From contig JBHLKM010000018.1 in assembly GCA_048886685.1 (NCBI GenBank), forward strand, positions 36,324 through 100,323: a stretch of DNA of 64,000 nt. Reading direction: 5' to 3'. Under the pieces are notes generated by a model, which saw nothing but the letters and a program-made list of their open reading frames with translations, was not told the origin of the DNA and ran no database searches. This document shows, in pieces, positions 49,700-59,038 of this stretch; the first letter of the stretch is position 1; the number at the start of each line of letters is the position of its first letter. The translations under genes were made by a program, and so were the position numbers. Origin of the DNA: Candidatus Hodarchaeota archaeon (GTDB taxonomy: Archaea > Asgardarchaeota > Lokiarchaeia > Sigyniarchaeales > SOKP01).

Positions 49700-51358
49700 A
49701 TGAAAAGAATTCACTCTAAAAGAATACTTCTTTTTATAATTTTGATCTCTTTATGTACATTTGAGACTAATACGCCTATTATAACAAATTTTGGATTAAA
49801 AAAAGCAATTAAACAAGAACCATATACAGCTAGTAGTGCTAATTTAGGGGCCTGGATAATTGTATGTGGTGATAGAAATGATCATCACTTATTAGGGGCA
49901 ATAAGAAATGGATGCGATGAAACTTATGAAACATTAATAAATCGAGGCTTTGATCCCGATGATATATATTATTTGGATGCTGATTATGGGACACCTTCAC
50001 CCCATCGAGAAGCTATATCATATCGAGTGAACATTCAGGATGCAATAGAAACTTGGGCAACAACCAAAGTAGATCCTACTCATGGTCTCGGAATTTATCT
50101 AATTGATCATGGTGGGACCGATTACATTTGTCTTCCAGGAACAGATCTCACTGAAACAGATTTAAATACGTATCTGAATAATTTAGAAACTAGTACAGGA
50201 TGCAGACGCTTTATTATTATTTATGAAGCTTGTCATGCTGGATCTTTTATCGACGCTATTAGTAAGAGCGATCGTATTATAGTTACGTCAACAGATAGTA
50301 TCCATGGCGCATATGTGAATGATGGTCGAACTCATGCTGCTTTTTCTGAAAAATTCTGGTCATCTATTATTGAATGTAAAACTATTGGAGTAGCATTTGA
50401 GGAAGCTGTTGAGTTTGTTGAAGATTCTATCGAAGAAATTCAACTTCCTAAGATAGATGATAATCATGATGATATTGGGCATGGAGTAGATTTATCAGGA
50501 CATTTGCCATATCTAGGTGATGGAGATGATGCATTAAATATCTGGATTGGATCAGGAACAAACTGCCCTTCAGAGATATTAGCCTGGTGTCCCTTAAGAG
50601 GATTTTTGAATTATAGTAGGTTTTATGCTCCAATGTGGGCTTTAGTGGGTACTGGTGCTAATACCCTAATTGATAGTGTGTATGCAAGAATAATTCCCCC
50701 TGGTTATGATCCACCTCCAATTGAAACTGATCAAGAAGGTTCAAAACTCGGTTATATTTCTGAATTATTTCATATTGTTGAATTAACTGATCCTGATACA
50801 GACGGGAATTTTACAGCAGATCTTTTTGATCCAAATGTTTTTACTAATCCAGGAGATTATAAAATCAACATCTATGCCAGAAGTAAAAATGGGACTATAT
50901 CTGATATTATATCAACTTATCTTACTTTAAATGATGATGGATTAGCTCCTCTTGATACGACACCTCCAACAATATCAATATTAAATCCAAGTTCAAGCGA
51001 GACTCTAAATAGTATAACTAACATAATTGTCGAGGGAGATGACGACCAAGCACTTGATAGAATTCAAATTTATATTGATAAAGAATTAGTAAAAGAAGAA
51101 ATAATGCCAGTTTATTATCCTTATCCCGAAGTTACCTACAGTTTAAACCCAACAGAATACTCAAAAGGATCCCATAATATAACCGCAACTGCTATAGATG
51201 AAGCAAACAATATCAAATCAAGCTCTATTAATATAAATATTGAAGAGCAAGAAATAATCCCAGGTTTTAGAATTACTATATTGATTATTGGTTCAATCAT
51301 CGGAATAATAATAGTTTTTAAGTTGAAAATTATAAAGAAAAAGCTAGAGGCTATATAA
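49700..51358 (+). CDS. secreted/surface clan CD cysteine peptidase (C13 legumain-like) with Ig-like domain and C-terminal sorting signal
   Basis: Signal peptide; IYLIDHGG and IYEACHAGSF His/Cys dyad; DTTPPTISILNP Ig-like domain; IPGF + TM + KKK tail. Confidence 0.82.
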   Translation: MKRIHSKRILLFIILISLCTFETNTPIITNFGLKKAIKQEPYTASSANLGAWIIVCGDRNDHHLLGAIRNGCDETYETLINRGFDPDDIYYLDADYGTPSPHREAISYRVNIQDAIETWATTKVDPTHGLGIYLIDHGGTDYICLPGTDLTETDLNTYLNNLETSTGCRRFIIIYEACHAGSFIDAISKSDRIIVTSTDSIHGAYVNDGRTHAAFSEKFWSSIIECKTIGVAFEEAVEFVEDSIEEIQLPKIDDNHDDIGHGVDLSGHLPYLGDGDDALNIWIGSGTNCPSEILAWCPLRGFLNYSRFYAPMWALVGTGANTLIDSVYARIIPPGYDPPPIETDQEGSKLGYISELFHIVELTDPDTDGNFTADLFDPNVFTNPGDYKINIYARSKNGTISDIISTYLTLNDDGLAPLDTTPPTISILNPSSSETLNSITNIIVEGDDDQALDRIQIYIDKELVKEEIMPVYYPYPEVTYSLNPTEYSKGSHNITATAIDEANNIKSSSININIEEQEIIPGFRITILIIGSIIGIIIVFKLKIIKKKLEAI

Positions 51359-51466
51359 AATCGAAATTTTAAATCCCTTATTTTAATATTTTTTATTTCT
51401 GAAGCCCTATATCTTTAGTGGTTTACTTAACAACCTTTCATAATCGCTTCATATGTTTTTAAGCGT

Positions 51467-51482
51467 GTGTGAAGTTTCACAC
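51467..51482. promoter_or_regulatory. inverted repeat about 165 nt upstream of cdhA (possible operator, or terminator hairpin of the upstream gene)
   Basis: GTGTGAA-gt-TTCACAC followed by a T run. Confidence 0.4.
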
Positions 51483-51647
51483 TTTTTTTATTTAACCAAT
51501 TTAGCCCGATATTTTTTCTAATATAATAATTAACTTTTAAATTCACTAAAAAATATCCAAATTAGGAAATTTGAAATTTTAAAATAGAATCTAGTATTAA
51601 TCTAATTATTATTTAGTCTAAAAAATTAAAAAAAAAATGAATTAAAA

Positions 51648-54027
51648 ATGGAAAAAAGAGGCGCTAAAGTTAAAATAGACGAATATAAAGGGCTACTTGG
51701 TACCATTAAAGGCTTCGAACTCACCACAGGGAAAATTTCTTACGGCGATGAGACTGAATGGGAACCTATGGGACCTCATCCAATGCCCCATATCCCTACA
51801 CTTCGGAACTGGTTTTTCACCCTAATGGACAGGTACAAGCCAACATATATGCCGATATATATACACAATTGATTCGTGTATGTACGGAAATTGCGATATG
51901 TGTTGCCTGTGTACTTATGGAAAGTGCAATCTCTCAAAGGGCAGAACAGGTGCTTGTGGTATTAACATGGAAACGCAAAACGCACGTATAGTAGAGATTG
52001 CATGTTGTATAGGTGCAGCATGTCATTCAGCTCATGGTGATCATCTGCTTCATTGGCTTAAAGAAAAATATGGAAATGTGCCACTTAATTTTGGAAATAA
52101 TATCGCAGTTGAGATGCCACTGACACGTTTAATAATTGGAATGAAACCTGAAACTTTGGAAGATTTAGAAACAGCTATGGAATGGGTTCATTATACATTA
52201 ACACAACTTTTAGCAGCAGGTCATACCGGCCAAGAAAGCTCCCATTTAGATTATGAAGCTAAAAGCTTTTTAGCAGGATTGGCAGATTCAGTTGGCATGG
52301 AAGTATCTGATGCTATACAAATTGCCGCTTATGGAATGCCTGTGGGAGACCCAAATGCTCCAATTGTGGAATTGGGTATGGGTACCTTGGATACTGGGAA
52401 AGCAACAATTTTAATGATTGGTCATAATGTTGCACCTGGAGTAGAGTTAGTAGATTATGTGCGAGAAAAGGGTTTAGATGATAAAGTAGATATCGGTGCT
52501 ATATGTTGTACCGCTCATGATTTAACAAGATATTATGATGGGGCAAAAATCATTGGATCCTACTCAAGACAATTACATTACATTCGATCTGGTTTAGCTG
52601 ATGTTGTAATGGTTGATGAGCAATGTGTTGTTTTGCAAACATACGAAGAAGCTAAGGCTGTAGGGGCTCCTTACATTACAACTAACGAAAAAATTATGGG
52701 AGGATTACCAGACAGAACTGAAGACCCTGTTGATGAAATTGTTGACGATTTAGTCAGCGGAAAACTTGATGGTGTATTGATTTTAGATCCTATAAAAGCG
52801 GGTGCTGTTGCTGCTGAAACTGCAGTAAAGATTAAACCTATAAGGAAAGCTAAGAGTGGTGTCCCAGATGAACAGGGATGTATTGATATGGCCATGAACT
52901 GTAATGGTTGTGGCAATTGTCAGAGAAATTGTCCTAATGATCTACCCCTTGTTGAAGGTGTAAATTTAGCAAAGGATGGGGATTTTTCAGTACTTCAAAG
53001 TGTTTTTGATGAATGTCTTGGATGTGGAAGATGTGAAAAGGATTGTATGAAGGATGTCTCTCCTTTAACCTTAATAATGCACGCATCAAGAGAATATATC
53101 AGAACTGAGAAATATAATTGTAGAGCTGGACGAGGACCAATCCAAGATACAGAAATCAGAAATGTAGGAGCACCTATCGTTTTAGGCGAGATTCCTGGTA
53201 TTGTAGCTATTATAGGTTGCTCTAATTATGCCCACGATATCCACGAATTATACACAATGGCAGAAGAATTCTTAACGCGTAATTATATTGTTGTGGTGTC
53301 GGGGTGTGGTGCTATGGATATTGGTCTAGTCAAAGACGAGGAAGGCAAAACGTTATACGAGAGATTCCCAGGAGATTTCGACCGTGGCTGTTTAGTTAAC
53401 GTTGGAAGCTGTGTTGCAAATGCCTGGATAACTGGTGCAGCCACAAAAGTTGCAAATATCTTTGCGAGAAGGCCATTACGCGGAAATTTTGAAGAAATTG
53501 CAGACTATATTTTGAATCGTGTAGGTGCGGTTGGTGTAGCTTGGGGTGCTTATTCTCAGAAAGCAGCTAGTATAGCAAGTATGGCTAACGGATTAGGTAT
53601 TCCAGCAGTGATTGGACCACATGGTGCTGAGTATCGTCGCATGTATCTTAGCAGATCTGATGATGAAGAGACGTGGAAAGTCTATAATGCTCGAGATGGA
53701 ACTGAAGGACATATTGTAGGTCCTGGACCAGAACATCTTTTAACTCCAGCTGAAAGCATCGAACAAGCTATTTGTTTAGTCGCTAAATTAGCACTACGAC
53801 CTGCTGATAACAGTAAAGGACGGATGATAAAATTATCTCATTGGATTGACTTAGAACGTAAATATAAGGGAGTCAAATTCCCAAATGATTTAGAGAAATT
53901 TATTCGACTTGAAGCAGATATTCCTATTAACATGAAAGATGAAATTCAAGAATATCTAAAAGAAAAAGACTGGGAACCAAAGGAAATTGTGGACCCAACT
54001 TTACTCAAAAGGATGTGTAGAACTTAA
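51648..54027 (+). CDS. cdhA: CO dehydrogenase/acetyl-CoA synthase complex alpha subunit, interrupted by a 34-nt insertion; join(51648..51856,51891..54027) = 781 aa
   Basis: Upstream ORF 51648..51872 has the CdhA N-terminus ([25 protein letters not shown]). Downstream ORF 51880..54027 (+1 frame) has [31 protein letters not shown], VDEQC, two ferredoxin motifs, GCSN, SGC, GSCVAN and WGAYSQKA. Confidence 0.95.
51857..51890 (+). other. candidate bulge-helix-bulge/loop type intron in cdhA mRNA (34 nt)
   Basis: GCCG AT^A TATATACAC aattgattc GTGTATGTA CGGA AA^T; 9-bp intron stem; removal restores the frame and gives ATG CCG ATT TGC GAT ATG (MPICDM). Confidence 0.7.
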
Positions 54028-54096
54028 TTTTATTATATTTTTTATTTTTCTTTTTTTTATTAATCTGAATTCTTTAAATCTAATTCATGAATTACA

Positions 54097-54948
54097 TCAA
54101 TTGCTCTTACTATCATCTCGGGGAATATTCTCCCAAGTGAGATTCTGGCGTTTTTCATCTAAAGAGATTTCACAACTCGGCTTATAGTCTATTTCTAATC
54201 TATTTTCAAAAAGTTTTCGCCCTAATTCCAGCGCCTTTTCCATATTTACGGACGTCCCATTTTGATTAGGGTGTCTTTTTTCCCATTCTTTAAGATTTTC
54301 TTCTGATGTAAAGAATAAAGTAGTAGAACATTGTGATCCAAGGTATACTACTAAATTTTTAGGTTGTTGGGAAGCAATTCGTTCGTCTTTAATCTCAATC
54401 TTAATTTCTTGATTGGAAATAGGATCTTTTGAATTAATAGTAGCATCTTGATTATATGTAAAAGGGAGTCCCAAAGCATCAATAGCACATGAAGCTTCAA
54501 TTGGGCTTAAAATTCTTCCATCCTCTAAAGTTGTAATGTGTTCATATCCAATTTTAGGCATTCGAGGAATAATTTTCTCATCCCGATTTTTTTCCTTAGT
54601 GATTATCCCGATTCTCTCAAGTTTAGATAGAGCATCATCAAGTTCTTGATCTGAAAACCTTAAATTTCGTTCAATTTCTTTGAAAGTATGGATAGAATCA
54701 TATTTAGAATACTGTTCTATTATATAATTAAAAAGTACTTCCTGATTTGGCGACAATCTTACATGAGGAAACCCTCTTCTGGCAAATTGCTTAATTATTT
54801 TTTCTTCAATTTTTTCGTCATATTGAATTCCTAAAGCTTTTTTAGTTTCTTCAATAGATAAAAATTTGCCTGTTTTCTTATATTCACTTAATAGGAATTT
54901 TAAAATCTCCCTTTCTTCAGAATTTAATTCAGAATCTAAACTCTCCAT
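54097..54948 (-). CDS. organomercurial lyase (MerB)-like domain fused to two N-terminal winged-helix-like domains
   Basis: SCAIDALG (Cys-x2-Asp), ATINSKDPISNQEIKIEI, QCSTTLFFTSEENLKEW; two LxxxQ/E..L..I helix-turn-helix-like repeats. Confidence 0.75.
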   Translation of the reverse strand: MESLDSELNSEEREILKFLLSEYKKTGKFLSIEETKKALGIQYDEKIEEKIIKQFARRGFPHVRLSPNQEVLFNYIIEQYSKYDSIHTFKEIERNLRFSDQELDDALSKLERIGIITKEKNRDEKIIPRMPKIGYEHITTLEDGRILSPIEASCAIDALGLPFTYNQDATINSKDPISNQEIKIEIKDERIASQQPKNLVVYLGSQCSTTLFFTSEENLKEWEKRHPNQNGTSVNMEKALELGRKLFENRLEIDYKPSCEISLDEKRQNLTWENIPRDDSKSN

Positions 54949-55069
54949 TATAATAAAACTCTTTTGAGATAATGATTTTAATTATAATAATCAATTCTAA
55001 TTAATAATTCTTTAATATTAAGAAAAAAAGGGATTTTTTGGAATTTTGATTATCTGTCTTTAATTTAAA

Positions 55070-55216
55070 TTATTTAATCAACCTTTCTTTAGCTTCATCC
55101 ATGGTAGAACACATTTTTGCACTTAATCCTGTAAACTTATTTACAATATTTAGAAAAATTGTTTTTACTCCAGTTATTTCAAGGATAGCAGTTCCTTGGT
55201 TTTTCAACCAAGGAAT
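55070..55216 (-). pseudogene. 3' remnant of a small STAS/SpoIIAA-like gene
   Basis: IPWLKNQGTAILEITGVKTIFLNIVNKFTGLSAKMCSTMDEAKERLIK*; preceded by in-frame TAA, no start codon. Confidence 0.45.
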
Positions 55217-55311
55217 TTAAAAAAGCATACTTTAATGTGTTAAAGAAGATTTTTATTTATCAGTTAGTTTAATAGTAATTGCTTAACCAAATAGTAAAAA
55301 TGTGAAAGGAT

Positions 55312-55521
55312 TTGGAAAAACAAGATAAAGATATTTTAAAACTATCAAAATTGTGTAAGCATTGGGCTGATCATAATGATTCTCATAAAGAAAATTTTTT
55401 AAAATGGAGAGATATTGCGAAAAGTAAAGGTCTGAAGACTGTGGTGGAGAATTTAAATTATGCGATTGAAATGTTAGATAAATGTAATGAATATTTGTTA
55501 GCGGTTCATAATGAACTGTAG
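55312..55521 (+). CDS. small His-containing helical protein (putative metal-binding)
   Basis: KLCKHWADHNDSHKENFLKW motif; GAAAGGA before TTG. Confidence 0.7.
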   Translation: MEKQDKDILKLSKLCKHWADHNDSHKENFLKWRDIAKSKGLKTVVENLNYAIEMLDKCNEYLLAVHNEL

Positions 55522-55577
55522 CATAGTTTTGAGATGATTTATAAGTACTTCGAAAAGATTTTACTGAAAAAGCTTAA

Positions 55578-56048
55578 CTAATCTAAATTAACAAGAGATC
55601 TACAAGAATTACATTTTTGGGCTCCACGAAATAAAGATTTCCCGCATTTTTGACACATATACCTTTTCTCTTCTTCTTCAACCCACTTTTCAGTTCCAAG
55701 TTCGCGCCATCTATAAATTGCTCGAAGCATAACTTTTTTACCCCTTGGACTTGGCCAATTCATGATGAGAGAACAAGGAGAATCCTCAAATTGACGACAT
55801 CCTTCAATTTCTTTATCCTAGATACATTTTTTAATTGAACAAGTCTGACAGAAAGAAAAGATAATACCTTCAGATAGACATCCTATACAGGCGATGTCAT
55901 CTACACTTTTTGCGCCCCAAGCTTGAAAATAGGGTAAAACTTATTGTTTTAATTTTTGATTGTCATCTCGATAAGCTATATACACTCTACAAACACCGCA
56001 ATACAAACCAAGCGGTGCGAGAAGTTCCCTTTTAGTGTCTGCTATTAT
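55578..56048 (-). pseudogene. DUF3795-like Cys-rich protein pseudogene
   Basis: One frame: LLAPLGLYCGVC...KQ*VLPY...CIGC...CQTCSIKKCI*DKEIEGCRQFEDSPC...CQKC..CNSC; in-frame TAA 55941-43 and TAG 55818-20; expected Cys residues appear lost. Confidence 0.8.
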
Positions 56049-56056
56049 AAAATTAT

Positions 56057-57265
56057 TTAGAGGAAAAGATTAATTAATGGTAATAATTGCTCTTTAAAAT
56101 AGTCTAATTTACCCTCTAATTTTTCAGCTTCTTCAGCAAGAGCCCAAAGGTATACAGGAATTTGAAGATCAGAATATTCAAATAGTTTTTCTCCTCGAAT
56201 TGAAAACCCATTAAGGGGTAAATCAAGCCTGATTGATTTTTCACGTATTAAACCAATAGAATTATAGAAATTGGAAAGAGTTTGTAGAAGAAGAGCCGTA
56301 TTATTTACCAACATCTCATCTGTATCAGAACTTGTATAACTACCAAAAATTAAGCCATCCATAGATACTAAACTTGAGGCTTTAGAGTCTACTTGATTAC
56401 AGAAGTCTTCAAGGATATTTTCGATTATTTCTGAAGTATCAGAAACTTTCTTTAACGCAATACTAAACATCTGCATTATCGTTTCTCTTTGAAATACAGT
56501 AGTATCACAAAAATCAACCGAAAACTCTTCAAATTCATCTGAGATTTTATTAAACTTATTTTTTATTGTAGTTACATTATTTTGCCATTGAAGTGTTTTT
56601 CGAATATCTTGATCGCTTTTGCTAAGAACAATGAGAAGAGCAGGTTTTTCCTTCAATTCAGTTAAAACCTTTAAAACTTCTCTGAAATAGTTTGCGGATT
56701 CTGGAAATCGATCAGGATCCTGTGTATCAACAACATATAAAATAATATCTACTTCTGTAAAGAAAAGTTCTGGTCTACTGAAGTAAAGCTTCTCAATATA
56801 TTGAGTTTGACCACCAAGGTCCCACGAAATTATCGGATACCCGAAAAAGTCCAGTTTTTCTCTTTTGACACCTCTTGTGGGTAATAGTGACTTTATAATT
56901 GAGAATTTTTCTTGAACTGCAGCTAGAATAGATGTTTTTCCACCATTATCAAGACCCACCATAAGTAATTTCTTATGTCTCCTTAGTTGTTCTTGAACAT
57001 TTTTCTGGATAACTTGAGCTATTTTAATCCATTTTTGTAACATCGATGGTAATACATCTTTTACTTCAGGAAGATTCGCAACAGATAAACTCGCTAGATC
57101 TCCAATAGATTTTATACCATTTGCAATTAATTGATCAGAACTAACTTTATCGACACCTATTAATGTTTCTGGTTTGAATCTTAAAATATCTTCAATTTCA
57201 CTAATTAATACATTGCGTTTAAAGAAATCCTTTAATATTACATTTTTATTGGTTTGATCTGACAT
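56057..57265 (-). CDS. Rag/Arf-like small GTPase with N-terminal HhH-like and C-terminal roadblock-like domains
   Basis: LIGVDKVS..L..NGIKSIGDLA; GLDNGGKTS, PTRG, WDLGGQ, SKSD, DTTVF; SSLVSMDGLIFG. Confidence 0.85.
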   Translation of the reverse strand: MSDQTNKNVILKDFFKRNVLISEIEDILRFKPETLIGVDKVSSDQLIANGIKSIGDLASLSVANLPEVKDVLPSMLQKWIKIAQVIQKNVQEQLRRHKKLLMVGLDNGGKTSILAAVQEKFSIIKSLLPTRGVKREKLDFFGYPIISWDLGGQTQYIEKLYFSRPELFFTEVDIILYVVDTQDPDRFPESANYFREVLKVLTELKEKPALLIVLSKSDQDIRKTLQWQNNVTTIKNKFNKISDEFEEFSVDFCDTTVFQRETIMQMFSIALKKVSDTSEIIENILEDFCNQVDSKASSLVSMDGLIFGSYTSSDTDEMLVNNTALLLQTLSNFYNSIGLIREKSIRLDLPLNGFSIRGEKLFEYSDLQIPVYLWALAEEAEKLEGKLDYFKEQLLPLINLFL

Positions 57266-57439
57266 TCTACATCAGAATTATAAACATTTATCTTTATACT
57301 TTATATCTTAATATGATATTATTAAATTTTAGTAATTTTACTAATTTATTAATAATTAATTACTATTTAAAAAATAGATTAAATAGAATAGCGTTATAGT
57401 TAATTTTTATAAATACGCCCTAAAGACTGTAATGATCAC

Positions 57440-58645
57440 ATGATTGAGCAAAGAATACCCGAAAATATTGTTGTGTGCTTAGATACTTCAAGATCGATGT
57501 ATAAGAAGGATTTTCCTCCTAATCGACTAACCTGTTGCACCAATGCCATTAAAACCCTCATTAAAAAAAGATTTGAATTGGATAGTCTAAGCACGTTTGC
57601 TATAATCAAATTTTCTGATAAAGCAGAAAAAGTTATAGATTTTACCACCTCAACTTACATAGATAACCTTAACAAGGCCTTAGATTCTCTTACATGCGGA
57701 GGATATTCTGCATTAGGCGATGGATTAGCTTTAGCAATCAAAACAGTAATCGCAGAATTGCGTAAAATTGGGGCAAAACCTCCAAGAATCCTTTTAATCT
57801 CTGATGGAAAAATTATGAAAACTGTTGTCGATCCTTTAAAAATGGCACGGTTAGCACAGGGATTAAATATTAAAATTGATACTTTCTTAGTTGGAGAAAT
57901 TGGACAAATAAATATGTTAAAAAAATTAAGTGATATCACACAAGGTAGGTATTTTTATAACAGTGATTCTGAGAGTTTAGTTAGATCAGCTCAAGAAATA
58001 GCTGATGATAATTATAAAAGATATGGATCTAACCAAGAGATTTTAAGTGAAAATCCTGCTTTTCTGAGAAAGATTGCTGCAGATTTATTAAGAGTTCAAG
58101 ATTTAACTAAAGATCAAGAACAACGAGCAAAACAAATAAGAGGGGAAGTAGATTTTAAGAAATGTTCTATCTGCTTTTCCGATATAAATCCCTATACTAA
58201 AGGATCTTTTTATGTTACAGGTCGGTATTGTCCTAATTGTACTACTCCCTTTCATATACATTGCTTAGCGGGATGGGCAGATTCTCAAAAAGATCATATC
58301 GTAAAAAGATCAGGAACCGCTAGATGTCCACATTGCTTTTATCTATTAAAAGTTCCAACTGAGGTTACCCAAATACAAAAATTACGCATTCTTTCGCGTG
58401 GCCCAAAAGAAGAACCAGCAAAAAGACCTGAAATTCTTCCAGCAAAATATATTGAAGATGTAGCCTTGCTTGGAGAAGATGCTCTATTTAATGCATGTCC
58501 AGTGTGCCATTTAATTTTTGAAAAGGGGCAAAGAGCAGTTCAATGTGGTAATCTTGAATGTAATACATTTTATCATGAAGAATGCTTTAAAAAACTAAAA
58601 GACGGTCATTGTAGAAGCTGTGATGTTAAACTCCATCTATATTGA
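57440..58645 (+). CDS. vWA domain protein with two C-terminal C4HC3 RING/PHD-like zinc fingers
   Basis: VVCLDTSRSM..DFPPNRL, LLISDG; CSIC..CPNC..FHIHCLAGW..CPHC; CPVC..CGNLEC..YHEEC..CRSC. Confidence 0.85.
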   Translation: MIEQRIPENIVVCLDTSRSMYKKDFPPNRLTCCTNAIKTLIKKRFELDSLSTFAIIKFSDKAEKVIDFTTSTYIDNLNKALDSLTCGGYSALGDGLALAIKTVIAELRKIGAKPPRILLISDGKIMKTVVDPLKMARLAQGLNIKIDTFLVGEIGQINMLKKLSDITQGRYFYNSDSESLVRSAQEIADDNYKRYGSNQEILSENPAFLRKIAADLLRVQDLTKDQEQRAKQIRGEVDFKKCSICFSDINPYTKGSFYVTGRYCPNCTTPFHIHCLAGWADSQKDHIVKRSGTARCPHCFYLLKVPTEVTQIQKLRILSRGPKEEPAKRPEILPAKYIEDVALLGEDALFNACPVCHLIFEKGQRAVQCGNLECNTFYHEECFKKLKDGHCRSCDVKLHLY

Positions 58646-58667
58646 AAAAAATTTGTAATCAATTAAA

Positions 58668-58949
58668 ATGAATGATATAAATAATAATATAAGCAATCAG
58701 ATAAATATTGCTGCCTATTATCTTTCCCAAAGGAACTATACATATGATACTTTATGTTGGATGCTTGCTGAAAGGCAATTAGTTGCTCAACAAGATCCTA
58801 GATATGCACATAAAGAACGAATTAGGGAAAAAGCAGCGGAAATATATTTCAGTTCAACCCCGTATGATATATTAATCTGGTTGATAGCAGAACTTGATAT
58901 AAAGCTAAAAATTAAAAAGTCGAGAAAGCCTTTAGATAGAATCATTTAA
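58668..58949 (+). CDS. small hypothetical protein with an internal duplication
   Basis: INIAAYYLSQR..YDTLCWMLAERQL / IREKAAEIYF..YDILIWLIAELDI. Confidence 0.7.
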   Translation: MNDINNNISNQINIAAYYLSQRNYTYDTLCWMLAERQLVAQQDPRYAHKERIREKAAEIYFSSTPYDILIWLIAELDIKLKIKKSRKPLDRII

Positions 58950-59038
58950 TATCTTAGGTTAATTTTATAATTTTAATACTTTTAGCTATTTAGTCCTATT
59001 TTACAAATAATAGGATATTTTAATAGTTAGTAAGAATT

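Noticed and set aside
51855-51863. Simple slippage or sequencing frameshift at the (AT)n run in cdhA
   Set aside because: A 1-nt correction would still leave 11 extra codons between MP and CDMCC in a tightly spaced motif, and would not explain the stem and bulge geometry; not fully excluded without reads
51870-51872. Selenocysteine read-through of the TGA ending the first cdhA ORF
   Set aside because: Reading on in that frame gives non-CdhA sequence (FVYVRKLRYVLP...) and soon stops; the rest of CdhA is in the +1 frame
51758-51991. 77-aa third-frame ORF across the cdhA junction, and the many short antisense ORFs in the track
   Set aside because: They overlap well-supported genes and have no motifs; shadow ORFs
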